From the NCBI RefSeq assembly GCF_018977255.1, contig NW_024704742.1, positions 49,726,001 through 49,790,000 of the forward strand: a stretch of DNA of 64,000 bases, written 5' to 3'. Within the stretch, counting starts at the first letter, position 1. The number at the start of each line of letters is the position of its first letter. Source of the DNA: Callorhinchus milii. Lineage: Eukaryota. A program made the position numbers and the translations under genes. The notes under the pieces were generated by a model that was not told the origin of the DNA, did not search any database, and worked only from the letters and a program-made list of their open reading frames with translations. Below, piece by piece: positions 39,001 to 51,039 of the stretch.

Positions 39001-39239
39001 CCGTTCCTCTGGCTCCGGTCTGCTCCACGTCCCCCGCCCCAACCGCCCTACCATCGGTGGTCGGGCCTTCAGCCTCTCAGCCCCGAGGCTCTGGAACTCC
39101 ATCCCCCAGTGCCTTCGCCGCCTCCTCCCTTTCCTCCTTCAAGGCCGGTCTCAAAACCTTTCTCTTTGACCGGGCCTTCAGCTCCCCTCTCGACTCTCTT
39201 CCCCCTCCTCGCTCCCTCCCTTCCCTCCCCTCACCCTGA
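36003..39239 (+). pseudogene. L2 endonuclease/reverse transcriptase ORF with two frameshifts (~1079 aa if repaired; longest open part 36209-39169)
   Basis: APE motifs: QNVRSL, TETWL, GGGVA, LYRPP, GDFN, SDH. RT motifs: [49 protein letters not shown]. The N-terminal leader ([17 protein letters not shown]) is in ORF 35994-36476 and the conserved C-terminus [15 protein letters not shown] is in ORF 38493-39239. Confidence 0.9.
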
Positions 39240-39466
39240 CCATTTCCCCCCTCCTCGCTCCCTCCCTTCCCTCCCCTCACCCTGACCATTTCCCCCCTGC
39301 TCGGGTCCTGACCCAACTGTGCAGCGCCTTGGGACGTCCTCCTGACGTGAAAGGCGCTTTATAAATGGAATCTTGTTGTCGTTGTTGTTGTTGTTGATAT
39401 GAACATAGCACAAACTGGGTTGACACTGAACAAATCCTGGGTAGTGGAGAGCCATCCTGGGTAGTG

Positions 39467-39556
39467 GAGACAGAGACTGAGAGAGAGATTGAGAGAAAGA
39501 GACTGAGAGAGAGAGAGAGAAACAGACAGAAAGACTAAGAGAGACTCTGAGAGAAA
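39467..39556 (+). repeat. (GA)n-rich microsatellite
   Basis: Imperfect GAGA runs directly visible. Confidence 0.85.
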
Positions 39557-40159
39557 ATATATTGAAGGAATTCTCCAACTGATTCCTCCCACAAGAGTCC
39601 TTCCAACTGAGTATAGATAAAGATGAAATGTCTGTCTGTGTGTCAATCTACACCCCATATTGGATCCTTTGGTTGAAAGCGAAGCTGCAACAGGTACAGT
39701 TAGTCTAATATAATTGTTGCTGTTGACAAGTCAGCCTTTTTAGATATTATTAGATTGTGACTCAAATTGAATATAATTCAATATAATTCAATACTAAAAA
39801 CTTAGTTCAATTTTCTCTGCTAGATACTGATTGACTTGCTGTTGATATTTACCACTTTCTGGTTTATTTACAGCTGTTACTAATTTTCCTTTTATCTCTG
39901 ATTTAAGGTACACATTTTTAATGCTTTCTTCCCTTTCCTTCCCCCGTAAACTGTCCGTTGGGTTTATTAGCCAATTTTTGCTTCTTTATAAAATCTCTTC
40001 GAACACTAACGTTTAATATTCTGATAAATTCTCAACATAAAATCTGATGTAATAAAAAAGTTCAAAGCAAATTAGCCTTGCTGTTTAATTTTTCCCAGCT
40101 ACAGCTCAAAAGCGTTATTTTTAAGATATTTTAAATTTGTAGAAGTCTATATAAAATGA

Positions 40160-40690
40160 TTCTTGCATTTGATAGGACACCTTATCACATCATCAAGATG
40201 CCTCAAAGGGCTTCACATGATTTGCATTGTGAAGTATTGTTTTTCTAAGCGAATCGGGCAACTAAACTGTGCATAGCAATGCCAATGTCCCACAAACAAT
40301 ACAATATGAAATTACATTTGTAAAGCACCTTTCACGTCGGAAGGACATCCCAAGGTCCTGAACAGTCACGGATTAGAACCCGAGCGGGGTGAGTGGGGCT
40401 TCAAACAGCCATGAAGTGAATGACCAATTTCATTTAGGGACTGGGACACCAAGAGAAAGTTCCTTCTCTTTTCGAATGGTGCCATGGGAGCTTTAACATC
40501 CACTTAAACAGCCAGAGGGGCCTCAGTTTAATGTCTTCAGCCAAAAGATATCACCTCTGATAATGCAGCACACCCCCAGCACTGCATTAAAGTGTCAACC
40601 TGGACTGTGAGATCTAACTCCTGTGTTAGGTTTGAATCCACAAACTTTTGACTCAGAAGCAAAAGGGATACCAACTGAGCCAGCCTGATT
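40160..40690 (-). mobile_element. DeuSINE-like SINE interrupted by an L2 tail (~40300-40400)
   Basis: Head GGCTCAGTTGGTA at ~40670-40685, Deu domain at 40440-40560, tail at 40160-40300. Confidence 0.78.
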
Positions 40691-43600
40691 CCTAAACCTT
40701 CATGGAAAACATGACGAAAGGACACTCATATTCAGTGACTAACTGCCTCCCTGAAAGGGCTTGATTGTCAGGTAAAATGGGGGTGCAAATTTGTGGCGGG
40801 TGTCGTTCGTGGGGATGCCAAAAAGCATAAAATATCTGCCTGTTTACAAACTTTGCTGGTCTTAAATAGAATTTCTGATTTAGCTTGCATGGGTGGTTGG
40901 CATCGGGAGCCATTCCTGGGGATGTTTGGGAACCATTTACAGGAGAACTGGGAAGTTTCCTAATTTCCCATACTTCCGGTGCATCCCTGCCCAACTCAAC
41001 CAGTCTAATATATTAATAAGCACCACTCCGACCATCATTATTTTGGCTTTGAGCTTTATTAATTAATGTATCAAAATAACCTTTTCTCTTTATCTTTGCA
41101 ATTTGCTGCTGCGTTTTGCCCACACAATATACAATCAATTGACTTTACAGTATATTCTGTGAAGACACTTTGAGACGTCTCAAAGACATGATAAAGTACT
41201 ATAGCAAATGCAAGGATTATTATTATTATTTATCATACTGGAACTGTACTGAAAGATGTCAAAAGCACTGATGCAGTAATAAGTGCGGTTATAAAAACTG
41301 ATATGTAATTTACATATCAAAAATCTTAGCACTGTAATCCAGAAAACACACTAATTTACAAATTATTGTTCAACTCTATATCTTGATGGTACACACAAAC
41401 AGGTCTCTTGCAATGTAAATTTGCTTGAATTTTTAAGGAGTTCAAGCTGAGTAAACATTTTAGTAATGTCACCTTTGTTGCAAGAAATCATTTTAAAATG
41501 AGTATTAATATATCCTTGTAGGGCCATCTTACCACCAATATGTTTTCCATTTAATATAGTGCCTTTTACATCGTCATGACATCTGAAAGAGTTTCACAGA
41601 ATTTTACTTTGAAGTGTAGTGACTATGTGTTTGCAGATTCTTACCCATATCTTTGCCAAGCAGGAATAATGCTTCCTCGTCCCACTAACTTTTGTCAGAT
41701 CCTCCAGTAACTCTTAATAAATGCACTGGGTAACATTTGTGAATGGAACAGAACAGTTATTTTCCCCACAGCAACAAATTAATTATATGAAGCACTGGGA
41801 ACAGAATCACATCCTCACATCCATCAATCACTTCTCTCTCCAGAACCATTTCAAGTTACCTCTTGGGCCTATTTATACTGCCTGCTTCTACTGCCTTCCC
41901 TGTTATCCTCAGCTGAAACTGTAATGGATATTAGCTGTAGATTGTTTTTCAATAGCACTACATGTCTTGTGAGACATCATATTTTTCACTTTCTTAAATT
42001 GTGCTGATAAAGATATGATAAGCCATGATGTTACGTGGATTTTTATAATATTTTTTTCTGTAATTTCCCCCCACCCCCCATTTTTTTCTCCTCCTGAAGG
42101 TTGGGTTCTATTCTACAGGTGACAGTAATTCTCTAGTACCTCAGCTTCAAGGCATGTGTATGAGCCTTGAGAGTGAGTGCTGAGAATATACTGTAAAGTT
42201 AATTGACTGCACATTTTGTGGGAGAAACATGACAGCCAATTGCGCACAGCAGTGTCCAACAAACAAGTCATGGATTGAGTGACTAAATTTCCTGAGATGA
42301 ACCATCTCAACACAGAATTTGAAACCGCAACCTTCTGCAGCCTGATGCTGCACCAGGCAGGTCCTTCACTGAGCAAGTCATCAGAAGAGTTACAACATGG
42401 CTTATTGTTTCTGTATGTCAAATGTGTGATTGTTCAATGTTCAGGAAAGTAAGGCAGGAAACCTCAGGCTAATTTTTATCACAATTAAACCTTATTATCA
42501 AAGAGGCTTCATTTTAAACAATTTATTATTTTCAAGTGTTGCTCATTTATACACTTGACAAGCTCAAGCTTGCTGCATCACACCCCCACCCCACCCACCG
42601 CCCCACAATCAGTGGTCGACCTTCAACAATTATGCTCCCTCAACAATTTACCCCTCTGCCTCACCCTCTGCCTGCCTTTAAATTCTGCCTAAAAACCTAA
42701 TTCTTCAACTGCACCCATGGCTATCTTCCTACCTGTTCAGACACCATTTCCATGAAGTGCCTCGAGACACTATCCTGTGTGATGGTCACTATATAAACAG
42801 CTGTTGTTATTTCGTTCTGTTCGGAGAAACAGAAAGCCATAAGAATGTGTAAAACCCTTTCTTGACTTGACTGTTCTGTATTTTATAATAATAATAATCC
42901 TTGCATTTGATATAGCACTTTATCATGTCTTCAAAATGTCTCAAAGCGCTTCATAGAATATACTGTAAAGTAAATTGACTATATTTTGTGGATGAAGCTG
43001 GGCAGCCAATTTCGGACAGCAGTAAAGACTAAACATTATTAGTAAAATTGCTAATATAGCATTATGTGGCAGGGTATTTCACATTTCAGACTTTGGTATT
43101 TCTATTTATGTACTCACTGATTCCAAGTCTAGCCTCATTTGGGAGGGTTGCCCTTTCATCCTCACAACCTGATGCTGCATTATAAACCATCCTTTGATGG
43201 TGTGATCGAAGCATGAGAACTCTCATGGAGACAGATGGCTGCAGCCTCATGTTGACTGGGGTGTGGATGATGTAAGGAAGGCAAGTCACTGTGAGAACCT
43301 TGGTTTATTGAAAGATTACAGAGAGGTTTCTCTATCTTGAAGATCTTATAAGCTACCTTTAAATAGGAGTTAAACCATTCAAAACCGAAACATTTGCTAA
43401 CCAAAAATTCTGGCAAGAGTGAGCAGATAAATCACCGTTATTCAAGACTGATCAGCCCTGAATCAGCAGTCACACTCACAGAGCTAGAAAGAGGGGCTGT
43501 GGGAAGAGTGATGGTTTAGGTCAATCCCAGTATTGGGCTGTAACAAGTGGAGGGTAACTCTGGAGCTGGTTATATTTTAGGTGACTAGGAATTGACAAGG

Positions 43601-44760
43601 AAATGTCTTTTGTTGAAATCAGACATCTCAAGTAGGACAGTGTTCTGTTTTCCAGTGCTTAACATCCCTCACCTCTATAAGCACAAAAAAATCAGTAAAA
43701 CAATTTGAAAACAAAAGCCAAAGAATTCTCTTTCAGTATGATGTGTGAAAATGGTATTTGTTTGCAGATATAACATCTTGGCTTCTGGCCCACTGACTCC
43801 CAGTTGTGCTGTGGAATCTCAGTTCATCCCATTGCTGATCTCCACTAGGGCAACAAAGGGGGTGGAAAGGAACACAATACAATGGTTATCCCCAAATGAG
43901 AAAAGCAGAGATATCAGCCAGGTTTCTCAATTCTGTGAGGATAGGATGGGACTCTGCTTTGCCCCTTCACACATACACACTAATAAATCATCGACCAACA
44001 GATAGCAGGCAGGCTAACATTTGAATTATTAGGCAATAGGAACTTTCCTTTGTAGAGTTTTTTACTCCATCACCTGTCCCAGTAATCTGTTCCATATGCT
44101 TGTCATTAGTTTACAAAGCAAATGTCTCCTGCATCTATGGAACTGTCTACCTCTAACCCTCCTACATAAAACCCACTTCTTTGACTGTGCCTATGCTGAC
44201 CTCCCCCTTTCTCCCTCAATCTTCACTGCTTGGTGTCCGACTCTATCACTGTGAAGCACTTCGAGACATTATCGTATGCGAAGGCCATGATCTAATGTGT
44301 TGTTGTTGTTGCATTTCCTGTTCTGTTTTATTGTTTTTAGTTTGAAGATACTCTTTATCTTATTTGTTTAAAAGAAGATTATTGGTTCTCTTTTAGAGAT
44401 CAACAAAGGGAACATTTTTCCAAGTGGACGCAGTCGCAAGTTGTACAAAACATGTTTTTGTGATCAAGCCCATTACAAGACCATTCGGTAGGCACTTCCC
44501 AGTCAAGCAAAGAAGAGGAAGCTATGTGCAGCATTAAAAAAGCAATATTCACACTTCTTTCACTTCTCATTGCTGAGGAAATGCCTGAGTCTGTGATTCT
44601 TCATTTATCGAGTGAAAAGTGCAATTTCAATGTGCTTCTACAGCCAGGATTGCAGCAAAGAACATTAAATCACAAAGCTCCACACAGAGCTGAGGTGGAA
44701 AATAAATCATACAAAGAGCCCTGTTGAGTGGTAATGCTTCTTATCACTTACTAACTTAAA

Positions 44761-45100
44761 TTAATAATCTTTGCATTTGGTATAGCACCTCATCACATCA
44801 TTGAGATGTCTCAAAGTTCTTCATAGAATATTCTGTAAAGTGTAGTGATTGTGTAATTTGTGGGCGAAACTTGGCAGCCAATTGTGCACAGCAGTGTCCC
44901 ACAAACCGTTATGGATTGAATGACCACATTTGTTTTGGAGGAGAGGGACTATTACCACTGGAAAGCGATGCACCAATCAACTAACAACCGGGTTCCTACT
45001 TATCGCTTGGTAAACAGAAGCGTGCGGAGTAAGGAAACTTGCCTAAGGTTTCACCCCATCCAGGAATCGAACAGATACTAACCACCATGCTACGAGACCC
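44761..45100 (-). mobile_element. tRNA-Ala SINE, long form
   Basis: Tail, body and partly deleted head in reverse orientation. Confidence 0.85.
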
Positions 45101-45559
45101 CACGACTTCTTAATTTCTCACTATTCTGAGAGATAAAACAATCTAATACATCAATACTCTCTTTCAAATTTAAAAAACATTCATGAATCCCCATACTCAC
45201 TCTTGCATTTGCACTTGATCACCGTTGTAACCGTCTTGTGCCACATGAAATACTTCTAACGTATTTTCATTAGTATCCCTTTTGAAACACAAATATGTGT
45301 GTCAGATTGCATCACTTAGTAGAACTTTTGCCTCTGAGGCCGAAAGATGGGGTTCAAGCGATGGTACAAGTTATTATATAAAATGGATAGCGTATATTCC
45401 AAATAAACAGTAATTTGATTTAAGTGTAGAATTCCAGGAAAGATTACTCAGAATTTATCAACTAGCATAGGATATGAATTCTAACTTGTCATATAATAAT
45501 CCTCAGTAGGGGCAAATCTGAAAGTATAGTGAAGAGATGTGCAAGTTACGTACCAAGTA

Positions 45560-45900
45560 GTTCAAATGAGCTTGATGGTCTCAGACTGGGCTGCACAGAG
45601 AGGATAAATCGGCTCCGGGCTTCCCAAGTTTAGGGAAGGGAAAACCAGCCAGGTTTGTGTTCCTATAGGTTCCTATAGGGCACAGATAAGGAGCCCTCTA
45701 CAATGGTTATGTGCATGGGTAGCAGCTGGTGGGGACAGGTCAGGCTCAGCTATGATGCCCTGTCGACACTTATTGCCAAGGCTCACATATGAACAGTGGC
45801 CACTTGGGCAGGTTACTGGAGGGCAGCCAGCAATCGTGGAACTGCATTCCAGTATGAAGAAGCCGTAGCAGGAGCAGAGAGCAGTGGGGAGACAATTAGA
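45560..45900 (+). mobile_element. Ancient SINE-like interspersed repeat (unassigned family)
   Basis: Shares GGTCTCAG, CAG(G/C)C/GGTT, ATTGCCAAG and TGGCCACTTGGGCAGG in the same order with 25375-25680. Confidence 0.6.
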
Positions 45901-47184
45901 AAACAAATTGGACACAGTTTTTCACAGGAGAAAAAAACAAAGGAATATGAATCATGCAAATTGAAATTTCTTCCAATCATCATAAGAACGTTGTGCCAAC
46001 TCATAGGACCTCCTATGGGCTTATCTCTGGAATCAAATTCCCTTGGGTCAACAGTAATAACAGATGTCTATTAGGAGATCAGAGTGTAGAAAACGATCAA
46101 AGATTAGCTTCATCTTGACAACTAACTATCTTAAGAATTCATAGCCATGATACACTTCATAAAATGGCAGAGTGTATTCAAATGAACAGCTTAATGATCT
46201 CAGTATAGAATCCAGCAAAAAAATATGTATTCTGAAGTTACAATCTGAACAAAACATAACCCCAGGGATTGTACATTGCTTATACCATCAGTTGATACCA
46301 GGTCGCTTTTAATAACCTGCTGCAAGGAATAATCCAACCCTAAATGGTAAATAAAAGGAAATCTCAATGTTTGAAACAACTCTCTATGTTGTCAGTAAAT
46401 ACACAACATGAAAAATGTATATTGAAAATAATCTAACAGATATGAGAAAAGTAGTTAGAAACTGCAATTAAACCTCAGAATTCGACAGATGGAGCCTTCT
46501 TGATGTCCAATATTCTATTTATATCCTGTAATGCACCATGATTAACCCAGGCAATGCTGAAATCACCCCTCATCACAGTATGTTTCCTAGTTCCTTGTGC
46601 AGTCTAGGGTTGAGAAAATGCTCCTCAGAAACAGTAACAGTTGCTTCTGGCAAAGGCACTTCAAGACATATCTATTTTCTAGACATCATAATGAATTGTG
46701 ATGTTTGGCTCATAGCTATAGAGAATTGTACAATAATAATGGATTTGATATATAGGGCAACCCCTTTGGAATATCAGTGTAGGTCTGTAAGCTGAGATCC
46801 GTGTATTAAAATTTAAAATAAAGCCTTAAAAAAATGGCAAACCTCTGGTTCATTAACGTGCAGGAAGTGATGTCGGTGGTGACGCGATGACCTGGACGTC
46901 AGCTATTTTTCTGTGAAGCCAGCTGGTCCACGCTGGCGCATACTTTTTTTGGTAACAGCATATTAAAGGCAGACCACTGTTCCAGTGAGCTGCTGAATAA
47001 TGGGGAGTCCTGCAGAATCTTAAACTGTCTCCATGCACTTCACAGCATTTCTGTGAAGTATGGTGACTGTAAATTTGTAGTTGAATGCAGCAGGCAATCA
47101 GATGGTTTGGGGGAGTGCCCCAACTCTCACAATATAGTTTCCAAAATGAAAATGATCTGAAATATAATAATCCTTGCATTTGAT

Positions 47185-47502
47185 GGAGTCCTGTAGCTCA
47201 GTGGTTAGAGCACTCGCTTTGCAAGTGAGAGACCTGAGTTCAATTCCAGGCAGGTCGAAACCTTGGGCAAGTTTCCTTACTCCACACGCCTAATAATAAT
47301 CCCTCCAAAACAAAAACAATAATAAATTGGTCATTTTCAATCTACGACTGTTTGTGGGACATTGCTGTGCGCAATTGGCTGCCGCGTTTGCCCACAAATA
47401 TACAGTCAATTCACTTTACAGTGTGTTCTGTGAAGCGTTTTGGGACGTCCTCCCGACGTGAAAAGCGCTATATCAAATGCAAGGATTATTATTATTATTA
47501 TT
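47185..47502 (+). mobile_element. tRNA-Ala SINE, short form, full length, L2-type inner hairpin
   Basis: GGAGTCCTGTAGCTCAGTGGTTAGAGCACTCGCTTTGCAAG...(ATT)n, inserted into the tail of an antisense SINE. Confidence 0.93.
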
Positions 47503-47814
47503 GCATCTTTCACATTGGCAAGATGTCTCAAAGCACGTTACAGGATGTACTGTGAAGTGGAGTGACTTTGTATTTATTGGCGAATGCGGCAGCCCATTTA
47601 CACACAGAAATATCCCACAAACATTCATGGGAAATGACTAATTTTATTTTGGAGATTGTTGGCCAGAAGGGAGAAACACACTTCTCTTTTTGTATTGTGT
47701 TATGGGTTCTTTAATATCTACCTGAACAGGCAGATGAGACCTCGATTTAATATCTCATCCGAACAACAGTACCTCCAGCAATGCAACACCCCCCCCAGCT
47801 GATGTGAGCTTGTG

Positions 47815-48226
47815 TTCGACTCAAGATCCTCACCCTTGTATTCAAGTTCCTGCACTCCTGTGCACACCCCTACCGTTCTGACCTCTTCTCTCCTCAAAAC
47901 AGCACCCATTGCCTTTGTTCCTCCGGATCTGGCATCCTCCTCGTCCCCCGAGTCCTCTGCTCCACCCTTGGCGGCCGTGACTTCAGCCACTGTGCCCCAA
48001 GGCTCTGGAACTGCCTTCCTCACTCCCTTCGTCTCGTTCCCTCCCTTCCCATTTTCAGGTCTCTGGTGAAGACCTTTCTTTTCGACCGCGCCTTTGGTCA
48101 CCTTCCCCCCCCCTCCCCCTGGCTCAGTCCCGGGATCCGAAACTGTAAAGCGCTCTGAGACGCCGTCCGGCGTGGAGGGCGCTATATAAATCCAAGTTGT
48201 TGTTGTTGTTATTGTTATTGTTGTTG
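47815..48226 (+). mobile_element. L2 3' fragment (type B) nested in a DeuSINE
   Basis: Starts at TCAAGATCCTC and ends AAGCGCTCTGAGACGCCGTCCGGCGTGGAGGGCGCT..(TTG)n. Confidence 0.88.
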
Positions 48227-49140
48227 TACTGACATGGGGCTTCAACCTACAATACTATGACCTCAGAAGCAAGAGTGCTATTACCAGAGCCAGGCTGACA
48301 CATAAGTATGACATCTCTGACAATGCAACACTTCCTTTTTTCGTTTTGTAGTGTCATAAGAATTTTAATGTTCACTTGAACAGGCAGACAAGCCCTTCAT
48401 TTAGCTTGTCATCTGAAGTAATAATAATGAATAATAATAATAATCCATGCCCCTTTCGCATCAGGAGGATGTCTTAAAGCGCTTCACAGAATTTACTGTA
48501 AAGTAAGACTGTGCATTTTGAAGTCGATCATGGAGGACGGTACCACCAGCAATTGCTGTACTCAAGATCAAAGTCCTGACATGGTGTTCAACCCCCAACC
48601 TCTTGAATCAGAGGCAAGAAATCTACCAACTGAACCAGACCAACATCTAAGTATGGCACCTCCGACAATGCAGCATTTCCCCTGTACTACATTGGAGTAT
48701 CATCCAAAACTATCAGGTTAAACTTTGATATAGGGAACTTGAATTCACTTGAAAAAGTGCTGACAATTGAGCCAAACACCCGCCTTTATGCTGAATCATG
48801 TACAACCATATCCCAGGAGGAATCAGTGAATGAGGAGAGTTGGAAGGGAGGAAATTAATTTAAAAATGATTTTGTTCAATTACACAATCTGCTGATCTAC
48901 CATGAGTTTATTTCCTTTTATTAATGAAAGATCATTTTTATTTTTATATTTCAAACTTGATAAACCTTATACTTTTCTGTTTAAATCCATGTCTTGTGTA
49001 TCTCATGTACAATGGGGGGGAAACATTTTAGGCACTTTATTTAAATTAAAGACTTTATTTTGTATTCAAGTGTGTTGGTGGTTGAAGTCCCGTTGCGCAA
49101 AGTCAGTTATTTTGATACTGAAATGAACATTAACATGAAT

Positions 49141-49452
49141 TAATAAATAATAATCCTTGCATTTGATATAGCGCTTTTCACGTCTTCTCGACATCTCAAA
49201 GCCCTGCACAGAATATGCTGTAAACTGAATTGACTGTATATTTGTGAGCAAAACGCGGCAGCCAATTGCACACAACAGTTTCCCACAAACAGTCGTGGAT
49301 TGAAAATGACTAATTTATTATTGTTTTGTTTTGGAGGGATTGTTATTAGGCGTGTGGAGTAAGGAAACTTGCCCAAGGTTTCGCCCTGAGCTGCCTGGAA
49401 TTGAACTTAGGTCTCTCGCTTGACAGGCGAGTGCTCTAACCACTGAGCTGTA
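49141..49452 (-). mobile_element. tRNA-Ala SINE, short form
   Basis: Reverse complement matches 47185-47502 along its length. Confidence 0.92.
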
Positions 49453-51039
49453 ACTATTAAGCAATAAATCAGTTGAATCTATCTGCGATTCATAATTTGT
49501 ATGTACAATATTTCATTATCTGCACTTTGATACATGTCAGTGATACAGTGAATTGATTAAATGAGTGATCTTCAAATAAATCTTGGCCATGAGGGAACGC
49601 ACTGCATTGCACCAAAATCCAAAACCTGATGAAACTGAGAAATACATTTTTAACGCTACTTTTCTGTTTTGATTTTATTGGGTGGGTAAAGACAGAGAAA
49701 CAAGTTACATTATTGTTTGTGCTGCATATCATTAACAGTATTATTATTAACCCACTCCAAAATAGAGTTCCCAAAAGACTCATTGCACATACACAAAACG
49801 CTGGAAATAGAAATAAAGACTTTGCATTTTTATGGCACCTTATTATGCATTGATTGCCATCAAATATAGTGACAGGAGGTAAGTTTTCTTTTGTAGATTA
49901 ACACAACAACAATTTTGCACACAGCAAAGACCCACAAACAGTTCCCCTAGGACAATTTGAGGCTCTCCCTTAACATTTTGAATCAGGCAATGAGATCTTT
50001 CACAGGGGATAATGTCTCAGAGTTTTTTTATAGGAACAAGATTGGACACTGAGTGTGGAAGAGGGGGAGCATGATGGGGAGATAGGCTATTGCGCATCTG
50101 ATGTTGTGGCATTTGACATGGGATTAAAGCCAGAAATGGATGGAGTGGGGTAGGGGGGGGCAGAAATGGAGTAGTGGAGAAAAAGAGTTCCAGACGTTTG
50201 GGGCATTTTGTGAAAGGTGGCTTGGAGGATGTATATCCTCTGGGTAGTGGAAAATTATTGTTAAATTGAATGTATTGCTGTGAATTAATCAGAGTTGTTA
50301 TCCATTGTTTTTTAAGTTGAAGATCTTGAATTAAAGATGTAAGATTTGGCAGTGGCAGCTTTGGCATCTCTCACAAACATTCTGCCTTTCATTTCCCGGA
50401 GTTTTTCTACAATTGCTCACTGAGGATGTTGGTGCAGATGCACTCTCTTTAACCAGGTCACTTTAATCTCATCTGTGCTAACTACCATCTGTCAATTCAG
50501 TCAATGGACTCCAGTAAGAGAAGCTGCTTTCTCGGTGGATTAGGACTGTGAGACTTTGAAGTACTTTGGCTGTTGCCACTGGCGAGGCAGTTAAATGCAA
50601 TTAAATATGTTTTGGGGACCCTGTGCAATGTTTCTGCTGGTCCTGTCAGAGGCACATGTTGAGAGGCCATGTTTAACTGTACATCTCGTCTAATGCCTTT
50701 TGGAAACATCTCCTCTACTTCAGACTCCAACAAAAGCCTCTGTGAAGTAGTTCTTCCTTGTTCTTTCCCCTTGACTCCTGAATGTGTGTATAATTATTCC
50801 AGGCTTCAGTTTCAAACAAAACGTAACTCATTACTGTCCTTGTAAAGAGTCTTGCCACCAGCACCTAATACTCTCTAGAATTAGGTATGTAAGGTGCTTA
50901 CCTCCAGTGAGAGAGTTCACATTTCATTCCAGACACAGAGAAATTTCCATGTGCAGGTGGCATACATATATATCTCAGTCTGGTCTGGATACTTTCAGAG
51001 CACTCTCCTTGCAGGCTGGTTGGAGTACTCAGAAACTGG

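Larger units (their letters stand above)
35687..39396 (+). mobile_element. Apparently full-length, young L2-clade LINE (single ORF, APE endonuclease + RT)
   Basis: GC/CpG-rich 5' leader begins abruptly after a CR1 3' end. It is followed by a ~3.2 kb EN-RT coding region, a C/T-rich 3' UTR, the terminal stem-loop AGCGCCTT..ACGTC-ctcct-GACGT..AAGGCGCT and a (TTG)n tail. Many truncated relatives occur in the window. Confidence 0.95.

Noticed and set aside
35675..39410. Target-site duplication around the full-length L2
   Set aside because: The flanks (..TAGGAAACCTT and ATATGAACATAG..) share no direct repeat.
35948..39658. Overlapping and antisense Pro/Gly-rich ORFs as separate genes
   Set aside because: They are shadow frames of the C-rich L2 strand or of microsatellites.
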